Below are positions 1 to 18,265 of a DNA stretch of 63,146 nucleotides, one piece after another. The notes under the pieces were generated by a model, which was given only the letters and a program-made list of their open reading frames with translations, searched no databases and was not told the DNA's origin. A program made the position numbers and the translations under genes. The stretch spans positions 62,001 to 125,146 of the forward strand of contig NOWV01000211.1 in assembly GCA_003344405.1 (NCBI GenBank). The letters run 5' to 3'. Numbering within the stretch: position 1 is the stretch's first letter; each line of letters starts with the position of its first letter. Source of the DNA: Trichoplax sp. H2 (Eukaryota).

Positions 1-1947
1 GTACTGTTGCTTTGGAGCAACCGAAAAAAACCAGCCATAAATCTGTTATATCTCATCTCTTAGTAGGCCATAAAAGACTAGATGATTGCGACAGTGAAGG
101 TATATTATCGTTTATAATTAGCCTCAACTTTGAATAGAATCCATATTTTCTTACCATGAACACAATTTTGTTCGTCAAGGTGATATATTTGTTCATACGT
201 TATCAATATCTCGCTCGCCTCTGGAGGATCCTCCTTCAATCAGCGAAGGTTCTGGTGGCCGAGTAACGGACTACAGAATTAATGTTAGTAGAACTTAATT
301 ATCTACTAGTCTCATCATAGAGAGTTTGGCTACAGTTTCCGTTCAATCTTCTTCAGGATTTTGGTGAACTTATGAAAGACTGTCGCTTAGCACCTATAAC
401 TCAGAATAAGTCTACGGAAATCTTGCCGATTGACGCTGGTAGCAATATACGATTTAATCTTCTTTATTGCTTTATCGTAACGAAATAGTAACATTATATA
501 GGAATTAACTGTGTGTTCTAAATTATCGTCTTTGATCATATTTTATATCAACTTTGTACAGCTCTGGATTGTATGGATAGATTTACTCGATACTGGCCGA
601 TGACAATGAGTAATTCCACTATGTTTGGCACTGAATGGACAAATGTAATAAACATAAATTCTATCAATGGTATCTAAATGATATCAATGAAGAAATCATT
701 AATGTAGTTGTTATTATGATAGGAACTCGATCGGCTTCCAGAATATTTATGTTGGAAGAAATTAGATGAAGAAACCGTAGATGAGTGTATAAAGGTGCTA
801 ATTCTCGTACACAAATACGATATGACAGCGCAACTCTCTTCTGTTATTGGAAAACCAATAGCTACCTTCTAATTTTACTCTAGATTCTAACAGAATTATC
901 GGATAAGACCAGTATGAATGAAAACCGCAGTTCATATTACGGAGGTTCAAGAACTAAAGGAACTAAACGGTATTTAAGTTTCTTCAATACATCATAATTG
1001 TATAGCCTACACTAGTAATATCTATTCGAGTCCTTTTTTAGAGAAGAGCAATCTCGACAGCTGTTGAACGAATTAGAATCTGTACTAGAATTGCAGAGTT
1101 CTAATTCTGCTATGCACTACAAAGTATGAGATAATACAATCGAATATAATAAATGATTCAGCCCTTAGATTGAATTAATATCGTGATCGTAACGTGAATA
1201 AATTTCGAAATGCGTAATATTTCAGATCTATAGCCACTTTCTGGATTTGAAAAGAGCAGCAAATTCCTCTTCGCCCGATAATTACATTCCTGAAGATAAT
1301 GGAGCTGTTGATGCCGGTATGATTCACGATAGCATTTGTTTTCGCTATAACTCTTAAATTCCTGGTTATCGCTTTGACCCTATTTAGATGCAAGTGTAGC
1401 CATGGATGTAGACGGCAAGGAAGCAACACAATTGTTAGTTTTTAATTCTTTAATTAAGTAAAGTTGCTTTTCTGTCGTTCATCTAATGTTTATAATCGTA
1501 AAAATTCCTGAAACATTAATCCAGAGATGATACACTTGAAGAACAACAAAATCAAGGAAATACTACACCTAATATATCTGTAGACAATCAATCTCCAATT
1601 AGAGAGGAAGATCCGCCAAGAAATGGGAACGAAAGTGACGATCACGAAATTCAACCGCTAAAGAAAGTGAAGGTTACAGGTAACCTGACGACTTCCATTA
1701 ATTTTATTAAAAAATTAGATACTTGTCTGTGAGTTACATAGTAGGTAATTTCGTTTTTACAGAAGCAGAAGAGAAACCAATGGAAGAACAAACAGATAAA
1801 AGAACACTTCTGTCGGCTTTTATGACCAAAAAATTATCCTTATATTCGCGTTCATTAGATTTTGAGGGGCGTACGAATGCTGAAGGCGATAATGCGGTAG
1901 AATTGTACGCATACATGAATCGAAATAAGAGAAAACCAGAGGAATAG
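1..1947 (+). CDS. INTS13: Integrator complex subunit 13 / Asunder, 3' portion (multi-exon, 5' end outside window)
   Basis: Manual spliced translation gives ..[14 protein letters not shown]../[46 protein letters not shown]../..[11 protein letters not shown]../..[18 protein letters not shown].. and ends ..[17 protein letters not shown]. This matches recalled INTS13 motifs ([32 protein letters not shown]). Approximate exons: 1-99, 180-283, 357-438, 562-644, 723-794, 884-969, 1042-1123, 1226-~1433, ~1525-1679, 1762-1947 (stop TAG). Confidence 0.88.
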
Positions 1948-4359
1948 CTTCAGTTAAAAAAATTTAATTATTTAGCTTGCCTGTTTTTGTATAAAGTGAC
2001 TGCCATTTTGTACAGATAGAGTATGGATAAATTATAAGCTTATAAGTGAAAAGATTATAATTTTCCTATATACTAGCAATACATTGAAATTTAGTATCAT
2101 TATTATTAATTCATTTTATTACTATGTATTATCCATACTGTTAGCTATAAATTATGTAAATTTATGTTCCGATACCATTAACCCTTAAACACTTATCTGT
2201 TAAAAAATAGAAAAAATGAAATTTAGTAAAACAACTCCTGCGAAAAATTTAAAACTTAATCTTTTTTCTTGACTACCTAGTAATTATTAACAGAATTGGA
2301 ACGTACTTTAACAGAGTGCTTATTAGTTCTTTCTGTTGCCATTAGATACAGCTTTACAATAAACAGATAAGTCATATTCCCTCTTATTAATAGTAGGCTA
2401 TTTTTTTGCTCTAGTCACATAGTTAAAAATGACGCTGTAATTGCTGTAAGTGTATGCAAACAATATCATTTGTTTTGACAATGGTATGCCCTTCAAACTA
2501 ATTGTATCTCGCAAGACACTGTAGGTATATTCATTCATTGTAGCTTTTCGCTATCGTAACAGAATAATGTTAATTAACACTGATAACACATCATTAAATA
2601 TTTCACATTATAATTTTTGATCTTCAGCCGTCTAGAGGTGAAATTTCGGTGCTCACTTTTGGTTATTATTATATAATAACTTCATGATTATAATTAGTTT
2701 ATTCAATTACTAATCAAGCCGTATTCCTATTAAGGCGATAAAGATTTAATCTAAATTAAACTATCTATCTCGCGATCACTAATTAAACGCTGTAAGCCCG
2801 TTACATCGTTAGTAGCAAAAGTCAAATCGCAGTATTCAAAATACCATTATAAACAAATTAACGGACTACCGTAAAGTACCCGATATACAAAATTTTTTTT
2901 AACATATAAATTGGGAGGAATATACACAGGTACTTGTATCATGCATAGTCTTTTATTCGTTACTTATAAGAACTAGGTACTTATATAGTAATCTGCTAAA
3001 ACCAAGTTAATTGCTTGGCATTAACTTGAGAATTAGGTAACCAGTGAATAAAGAAAACTGTCAAAGCACAATTAAATATTAATACTACTTGAGAATGAGC
3101 ACGATTGCTAATAATTTCAGAGTTTCATATATAAAAATGAAATACGTTCGATTTAAAGACAAATAAGCTGTACCACGTGAAAAATTTGGTTGTCAATATG
3201 AGTTTATTTAGAGGGATCTGACAAAGTTATTGCATGTGGAAAAAGCAAAACGAAACCTTGATGGTTCCTATTAATAATGTTATTAAAAGGTTCGTTAATC
3301 GTATACTCACTACTGTATATTTAGCAGTATTTTAATTTGATAGCAATGATAACAATTAATAGGTTCATTAGTAGAGAGCGTAAAGATATAATGTAAGTAG
3401 AGCATGTGACTCCTTCATTACTATAAACTAGGTAATTAAGATTACTGACATCTAAGCAAAGAACACAGCAATAATTTCTCGAGATCTAATTTCTGTCTGC
3501 TTCGTTAAGCCGTAACTGAAGCTTACATAGTAACGGTCCTCCATAACATCGGACTGAAAAGAAATTTCAATCATATAAAACAAAGAGTGCAATATACAGA
3601 TAACTATGGCACGGATACTGTATTTATATTAATAAAATTATAATTACTGTAATTAATGGTAGCAATAACTAAAAGCAATCCAAGTGGATAACGATCATAA
3701 TTATTTGAAATAACCAATGAAGAAACGTAACTGTTATTAGCAATCATGTGGCCAAATAAAATTTCTTGCAAGAACGAAAGTGACAGAAGACATCGATGCC
3801 GGTATCGAGGATAAGATACCGCTTATAGCTTCAAATACAGTCAAGATAAAGATACTGCTTTCTTTTTACATCAATCTTCTGATGACAATTAAAATTTGTC
3901 ATGCAATCAACTAGACACTATAGAATTTAAACGTCAGCTCGCCGTAGAGATTACTACGTATATATTAGTACACATGCTCAATATAATTTATCAGTGATTA
4001 TATTACGACTATTAATTACTTCGACAAATTGTGATTGCGCAACTGAAAAGATTCATAAAATTTGGTTTTACGAAATTCTTCACAGTTGGAAGTTCAAATA
4101 ATGGATTAACACTAAGCGAATCATTGCAATGAATGATCTATTAATAATTTGTAATACATCATTACCACTAAGAAGGTACCTTTTTCCAAAATCCTAGAAA
4201 GAAAAATTCGAGTACGAAAAACAATTAAAATGGTTTATTCATACAAGAGCAATAAAATATTATCCAATAAACCACTACTAGTATTAACATTTCCTAGTCA
4301 AAGCAAGTTATATCGAAATTATACACAACATATACTTACAAGCTGATAAAGTCAGGCCC

Positions 4360-12025
<7,666 letters not shown>

Positions 12026-12229
12026 TGTCGGTTTTCCGAGTTTCTATCCAGTAAAGTATGAATGAATATGAATAAGATGGAGTGGAATAATCGATGACGA
12101 TGACAAGGCAAAGTCGAAGAACGACTAAAAAATAAAAGAAATGACTTTTGCCTAATGTTTGCTAGTAACACACTATCACACTGCAAAGCTTTCTTTTCTA
12201 CAGTCGTTGACTACGCCGAAGCGAATACA

Positions 12230-15200
12230 TTGCGCTACAGTCTACAGTACAGTCTACTCAGTGTCCATGGACCACAAGCCAAATACAGTACTGTACTGTC
12301 TGTACAGTATTGAGCCAGCACGATGGCACTGTACTGTACTTGACCAGTGGACAGCAGAGTGCATGTTGATTTGACCAGTGTACAGTACAGTACTGTACAG
12401 TACTGTAGGTCAAGCTGACGACTGCTACAGTACTGTAGAGTACGGTACTGTAGGCAGAACAATGCCACTGCACCTACAGTACACTCACGCACTACATTGT
12501 ACTGTAGAATAAAGCAAAGAAGCCAATTGGTCGACCGTGCGTACGATACGATCGACCGGTATAGTACTGGACAACAACAGTGGGCATTGTACAGTACAGT
12601 ACAAGAATCAATACTGTACAGTACTGTACTGCTATTGAAGAAGTGTGCTTGAATACCGATTATGAACATGACCCTCGATTGTACAGTGTACAGTACTGTA
12701 CATATTGCACTGTACAGTAGCAAAAAGCAAACAAGCTTTTTCTGTACAGTACAGTACAGTACGATACGGTGCACCGGTATAGTACTGTACTGGACAACAA
12801 CAGCGGACATTGTCTGAGCCTTCTGGTCCACCGTACTGTACTGTACAGTGTACAGTGTACAGTACAGCACAATAATCAATACTGTACTGTACTGTACTGT
12901 CTGTACTGTAACTGTGCTTGAATGCCGATTATGAACATGACCCTCGATTCTACAGTACAGTACTGTACAGTACAGTATGCCAGATAGTCTGTACTGTACA
13001 GTACAGTGTACAGTACTGTACAATAATCAATACTGTACTGTAAGTGGGCTTGAATGCCGATATTATGAACATGACCATCGATTGTATGCCATACAGCCAG
13101 TACTGTACTGTGCTGTACTGTACACATTGCACATTGTGCGCTACATCGTCACAATTGTACTATTCGGGCCCGGTGAAAGACAAACAAATAAGGACGTTCC
13201 ATTGTGCGGCTGTAGCAGAACGGGAACGCCCTCCCTACAGTACCTACGCTTTCACGACGAGCATAATACTGTACAGTACAGTACTGTACTGTACTGTACT
13301 TACAGTACAATGTACTACGCTGGACCGTACTGTACACTGTACACGCCATTCCTTTTTCAATCTAGCGTACAGTATGTACAGTACAGTAGTGCATGACGAT
13401 CGACAGAAGTCGTGGTAGCAGCGATTGCACAGTACAGTACACTCAATGGACATTGGACAGTACTGTACACTCGATTCCTTTTCAATCTACCGTAGTGCAC
13501 AACGATCGACAGAAGTCGTGGTCGCTGCGATTGTACACTCAATGTTCAGTATATAGATTTTTCTCATTTTTTTTTTTTTTATGTCAGCATGTTCTACTGT
13601 ACGAGTACACTATGAATTGACACACCAAAGTCTTTTCTCTACCATTCAAATTTCTCCAGCTAAACTCACCACGATATTATTAATGATACTGTACACTGTA
13701 CAGTACAGCATGTTTTTTCCACAAGAATACAGTACAGTACAGTATACTGTACGCAACTACGGTACAGTACTGTACAGTATTTTCAAAACTACAGTACTGA
13801 TCGACAGTACTGTACGTACAGTACAGTCTTGCATCGTCCTGTAAAGCCATACAGTACAGTACAGTACAGTACTACTGGACATTGTACTGTAATGGTACAG
13901 TACTAGAAAAAACTCTTTTTCATACACTGTATAGTGTATACTAGTACTGCAGTGTCAATAGTGTAACACCATGGTAACACTGGTGAGCAGACTCCGTTGT
14001 CACAATCTGAGTCAGACTGTGCACTACCCATGCCGAGAGTAGGTTTTCCAAAGAAGGAGGAGGATAACAGTCCAAGAAAAAAAAAAGGACAGTAGACAGT
14101 AGTAGTAGTATCAAGAAGGACAGCACTACTGCACCTGTCTTGTAAGTACTTTGTGCCAATAGGCTTTCAAAAAGCCAAATCTAAAACCATAGCAACGCAT
14201 AGAAAGAGAAATCGAGCACAGCAATTCTATCCCATGATCAAGACGGAGAGGACTGTGCTGCTATACGACAACTTTCTTCCTGACAAATTACTAGCAAATA
14301 CCCAATACTCTACTGGNNNNNNNNNNNNNNNNNNNNGTAGGCAGAACAATGCCACTGCACCTACAGTACAGTACAGTACAGTCACGCACTACATTGTACT
14401 GTAGAATAAAGCAAAGAAGCCAATTGGTCGACTGTGCGTACGATACGGTCGACCGGTATAGTACTGGACAACAACAGTGGGCATTGTACAGTACAGTACA
14501 AGAATCAATACTGTACTGTACTGTTATTGAAGAAGTGTGCTTGAATACCGATTATGAACATGACCCTCGATTGTACTGTACTGTACAGTATGCCATACTG
14601 TACAGTGTACAGCACTGTACACATTGCACTGTATTGTACGCTAGCAAAAAGCAAACAAGCTTTTTCTGTACAGTACGATACGGTGCACCGGTATACTGTA
14701 GTACTGGACAACAACAGCGGACATTGTCTGAGCCTTCTGGTCCACCGTACTGTACTGTAAAGTGTACAGTGTACAGCACAATAATCAATACTGTACAGTA
14801 CTGTACCGTACTGTCTGTACTTTAACTGTGCTTGAATGCCGATTATGAACATGACCCTCGATTCTACAGTATGCCATACAGTCTGTACTGTACAGTGTAC
14901 TGTACAATAGTCAATACTGTACTGTAAGTGGGCTTGAATGCCGATATTATGAACATGACCATCGATTGTATGCCATACAGCCAGTACTGTGCACTGTACA
15001 GTGTACAGTACAATGCTGTACTGTACAGTACACATTGCACATTGTGCGCTACATCATCACAATTGTAGTATTCGGGCCCGGTGAAAGACAAACAAATAAG
15101 GACGTTCCATTGTGCGGCTGTAGCAGAACGGGAACGCCCTCCCTACAGTACCTACGCTTTCACGACGAGCATAATACTGTACAGTACAGTAGTTGCGTAT

Positions 15201-15800
15201 ATTCTTGTAGAAAAAACATGCTGTACACCAGTGTACAGTACTGTGTACAGTATCATTAATAATATCGTGGTGAGTTTAGCTGGAGAAGTTTGAATGGTAG
15301 AGAAAAGACTTTGGCGTGTCAATTCATAGCGTACTCGTACAGTAGAACATGCTGACATGAAAAAAAATGAGAAAAATCTGTATACTGAACATTGAGTGTA
15401 CAGTACAATCGCAGCGACCACGATTTTTGTCGATCGTTGTGCACTACGGTAGATTGAAAAGGAATCGAGTGTACAGTACGGTACTGTCCAATGTCCATTG
15501 AGTGTACTGTACTGTACTGTGCAATCGCTGCTAACACGACTTCTGTCGATCGTCGTGCACTACTGTACACTCAGTGTACAGTACTGTACTGTACGCTAGA
15601 TTGAAAAAAGGATGGCGTGTACAGTGTACAGTACGGTCCAGCGTAGTACATTGTACTGTACTGTACACTACACTGTACAGTACAGTACAGTGTAGTACGG
15701 TACGGTACTACTGGACATTGTACTGTACTGTACTTAGAAAAAAACTCTTTTTCATACGCTGTATAGTGTACTGTATACTGGTACTGCAGTGTCAACAGTG
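12230..15800. repeat. Low-complexity domain saturated with CAGTA/TACTG/GTAC palindromic motifs interspersed in unique sequence
   Basis: Runs such as TACAGTACAGTACTGTACAGTACTGTA are visible throughout and generate the many spurious YSTV/TVLY ORFs. The domain starts ~200 bp upstream of the G-alpha-i A ATG. Confidence 0.9.
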
Positions 15801-16161
15801 TAACACCATGGTAACACTGGTGTGCAGACTCCGTTGTCGCAATCTGAGTCAGACTGTGCACTACCCCATGCCGAGAGTAAGGTTTTCCAAAGAAGGAGGA
15901 GGATAACAGTCCAAGAAAAAAAAGAAAAGGACGGTAGACAGTAGTAGTAGTAGTATCAAGAAGCACAGCACTAATGCACCTGTCTTGTAAGTACTTTGTG
16001 CCAATAGGCTTTCAAAAAGCCAAATCTAAAACCATAGCAACGCATAGAAAGAGAAATCGAGCACAGCAATTCTATCCCATGATCAAGACGGAGAGGACTG
16101 TGCTGCTATACGACAACTTTCTTCCTGACAAATTACTAGCAAATACCCAATACTCTACTGG
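12450..16161 (+). repeat. ~1.85 kb direct duplication (12450-14316 vs 14337-16161) across a 20-N gap; probably two haplotypes
   Basis: Both copies start GTAGGCAGAACAATGCC and end CCCAATACTCTACTGG. They differ by SNPs, motif-unit indels and an internal inversion. Confidence 0.85.
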
Positions 16162-17020
16162 GAGAAGTGAAGTGATTATAATGACCATCATTGACACTAG
16201 ACCATTGCATTAGAGTAACGCCACAACCAAAAGTAGATTGCATTATCACGCGCAGCATGCGCTTCCACTGTCTTTATTCAATGCCATGACCATACAGACC
16301 AGGAATCAGAGACAGTACAGCAGTATGCTGTCAGAAAATAATTTGCTTATATACTGCTTTTAAAATAATAATCCTACCGGTAGTAGTCCCTTGTACAATG
16401 GACACACTTATAGGATACATTATACACAACTTGGAAGTGAAGCATAGTACAGCACACACATCCAGTACTACTGAATAGTGTGAATGCCATCGGCTACCAC
16501 ATCAATTCCCTTCCACTGTAATGAGCGGCAGTTTGCTGGCACTCCATATCTTGCGTCAATTATCCTACAAACTCATTTTACTCGTTTTACGGTGGTACTA
16601 GTATAAAGTAGAGGAGGATAATCAAGAATGTGTAGAATCATTTCAGCTGAATATTGGCAACTACAAAGCAAACTNNNNNNNNNNNNNNNNNNNNAATGAC
16701 CATCATTGACACTAGACCATTGCATTAGAGTAACGCCACAACCAAAAGTAGATTGCATTATCACGCGCAGCATGCGCTTCCACTGTCTTTATTCAATGCC
16801 ATGACCATACAGACCAGGAATCAGAGACAGTACAGCAGTATGCTGTCAGAAAATAATTTGCTTATATACTGCTTTTAAAATAATAATCCTACCGGTAGTA
16901 GTCCCTTGTACAATGGACACACTTATAGGGTACGTTATTGTCACAAACCAACTTCGTGACAAGTATAACGTAAAAACAAATCTCTAAATTACTATAGTCT
17001 CCGGGATTCAGTATCCCTAC

Positions 17021-17962
17021 TTACAAGAATTTAGACTTCACAGGTTCCTCTTCATATTCTAGTGTGGAAGCCTTCTTATCCTTTCCAATTTGTCGCCCTT
17101 TGCCAATGTTAGGTGCTACGGAGTCTCTTTTCTGTGCTTCAAATTGATCGACTGCTAACATCAGTTCTTTCCAGCTCTGCGGCTGTCTCACTTGCACATA
17201 TGTTAACAGAGCAAAGTTCTTTGCTCGAGCCCATTCCTGATATTGGATTTCCATTATGACAGTATCTTCCACAGACTTGCTACTTGTTGCTATCCATTGC
17301 TTCAAGTAATGCATTCTCTTTCTTCCAAATTCACTGAAAGATTGCTCATCTTTTCTTCGTAGCGTAAAGAATTTCCTACAGAACACATCTGATGAAATTA
17401 CATAAGCCTGAAGGATTATCTGCCTTACATGATCAAAATCCTCCTGCTCGTCCAACGTCAGTTCCCTGAATGCTTCGAGAGCTGCACCAGTTAATAAGGG
17501 TCCTAAACGAGCTCCCCACTCATGTCTCGGCCATCGATTGACTGTTGCTGTCTTCTCAAACATGTGCAACCAGTTATCTACATCTTTGTCTTCCGGGAGT
17601 GGTGGAATATTTATTTCCAAATAATCCCGTCTATTTTGATTATTCAATAATTGTTGTTGTAGTAGTACCATTTGGCTTAGGATTCGCTCCAGTGTTTGTT
17701 CTCGCCCTTGAGAAACATTTTCTTCAGGCCTTGGTTCAGTACGAGGCTGTGCACTTGCACCAAGAAATGCTTCGGCTTTTTCAGTGTCTTTCTGTAAAAT
17801 TTTCCTAGCCAAAGTAGCGGTTTTTGAATTTCCGATATGTATGCCTAAACCTTTAGCCATACTTTTTAATTGTTCGTCTGAAAAGTTTTCCAGCTCCTCT
17901 AGCCGGCTTTCTTCCTCGTTCGTAAGACTGCGCAAATTGGTCTTCGGCGTGGTTTCAGACAT
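17021..17962 (-). CDS. Ty3/Gypsy-type Gag (SCAN/Gmr1-like capsid), 313 aa, C-terminally truncated
   Basis: Uninterrupted ORF from MSETT with capsid-like PPLPEDKDVDNWLHMFEKTATVNRWP..WGARLGPLLTGAALEAF..DFDHVRQIILQAY..RKFF. It has an N-terminal LKSMAKGLGI helix-extension-helix-like segment, no zinc knuckle or pol, and its stop codon lies inside the TIR. Confidence 0.85.
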   Translation of the reverse strand: MSETTPKTNLRSLTNEEESRLEELENFSDEQLKSMAKGLGIHIGNSKTATLARKILQKDTEKAEAFLGASAQPRTEPRPEENVSQGREQTLERILSQMVLLQQQLLNNQNRRDYLEINIPPLPEDKDVDNWLHMFEKTATVNRWPRHEWGARLGPLLTGAALEAFRELTLDEQEDFDHVRQIILQAYVISSDVFCRKFFTLRRKDEQSFSEFGRKRMHYLKQWIATSSKSVEDTVIMEIQYQEWARAKNFALLTYVQVRQPQSWKELMLAVDQFEAQKRDSVAPNIGKGRQIGKDKKASTLEYEEEPVKSKFL

Positions 17963-18072
17963 TCTAATCAGTGTAATAGCTTTTATAAAATTTAATATAC
18001 TAACGCAATATTGCTGGATTCCCCACACGGATTCCAATTTCTACCAAATTTTCACAAAATTCGGGCCTAAAT

Positions 18073-18090
18073 TGGTGGCAGCGGTGGGAT
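18073..18090 (+). other. Retrotransposon primer-binding site complementary to tRNA-Leu 3' end
   Basis: TGGTGGCAGCGGTGGGAT is the reverse complement of ..ATCCCACCGCTGCCA+CCA, the 3' end of eukaryotic tRNA-Leu(AAG/TAG). Confidence 0.8.
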
Positions 18091-18236
18091 CCGAAAGAGG
18101 AACCAAGTGTCGAGAACTCAGGCCCAAATTCTGTGAATAAACATATTGTAGTCCGACTGTGAAAAACTAGTTAGTAGATGTTCTCACTCAAGTATTATTA
18201 TAAGATGACTTGTGAATGTTAGCTGCTGTAGAAGGG

Positions 18237-18265
18237 TATATAAACCCGTCAGATAGTTGAATAAA
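18237..18265 (+). promoter_or_regulatory. LTR TATA box (TATATAAA) followed by poly(A) signal (AATAAA 18260-18265)
   Basis: Typical U3/R arrangement; defines + as the sense orientation of the LTR segment. Confidence 0.6.

Noticed and set aside
12644..13084. CRISPR-like array of 36 nt repeats
   Set aside because: Eukaryotic context, only three units, irregular ~95-230 bp low-complexity spacers and no cas genes.
12235..15966. Many YSTV/TVLYC-rich ORFs up to 262 aa
   Set aside because: By-products of the stop-poor CAGTA/TACTG motif on both strands; frames are not conserved between the two copies.
12450..16161. True tandem segmental duplication
   Set aside because: Each duplication in the window abuts a 20-N gap, which is more typical of unmerged haplotypes. 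It cannot be excluded without read depth.
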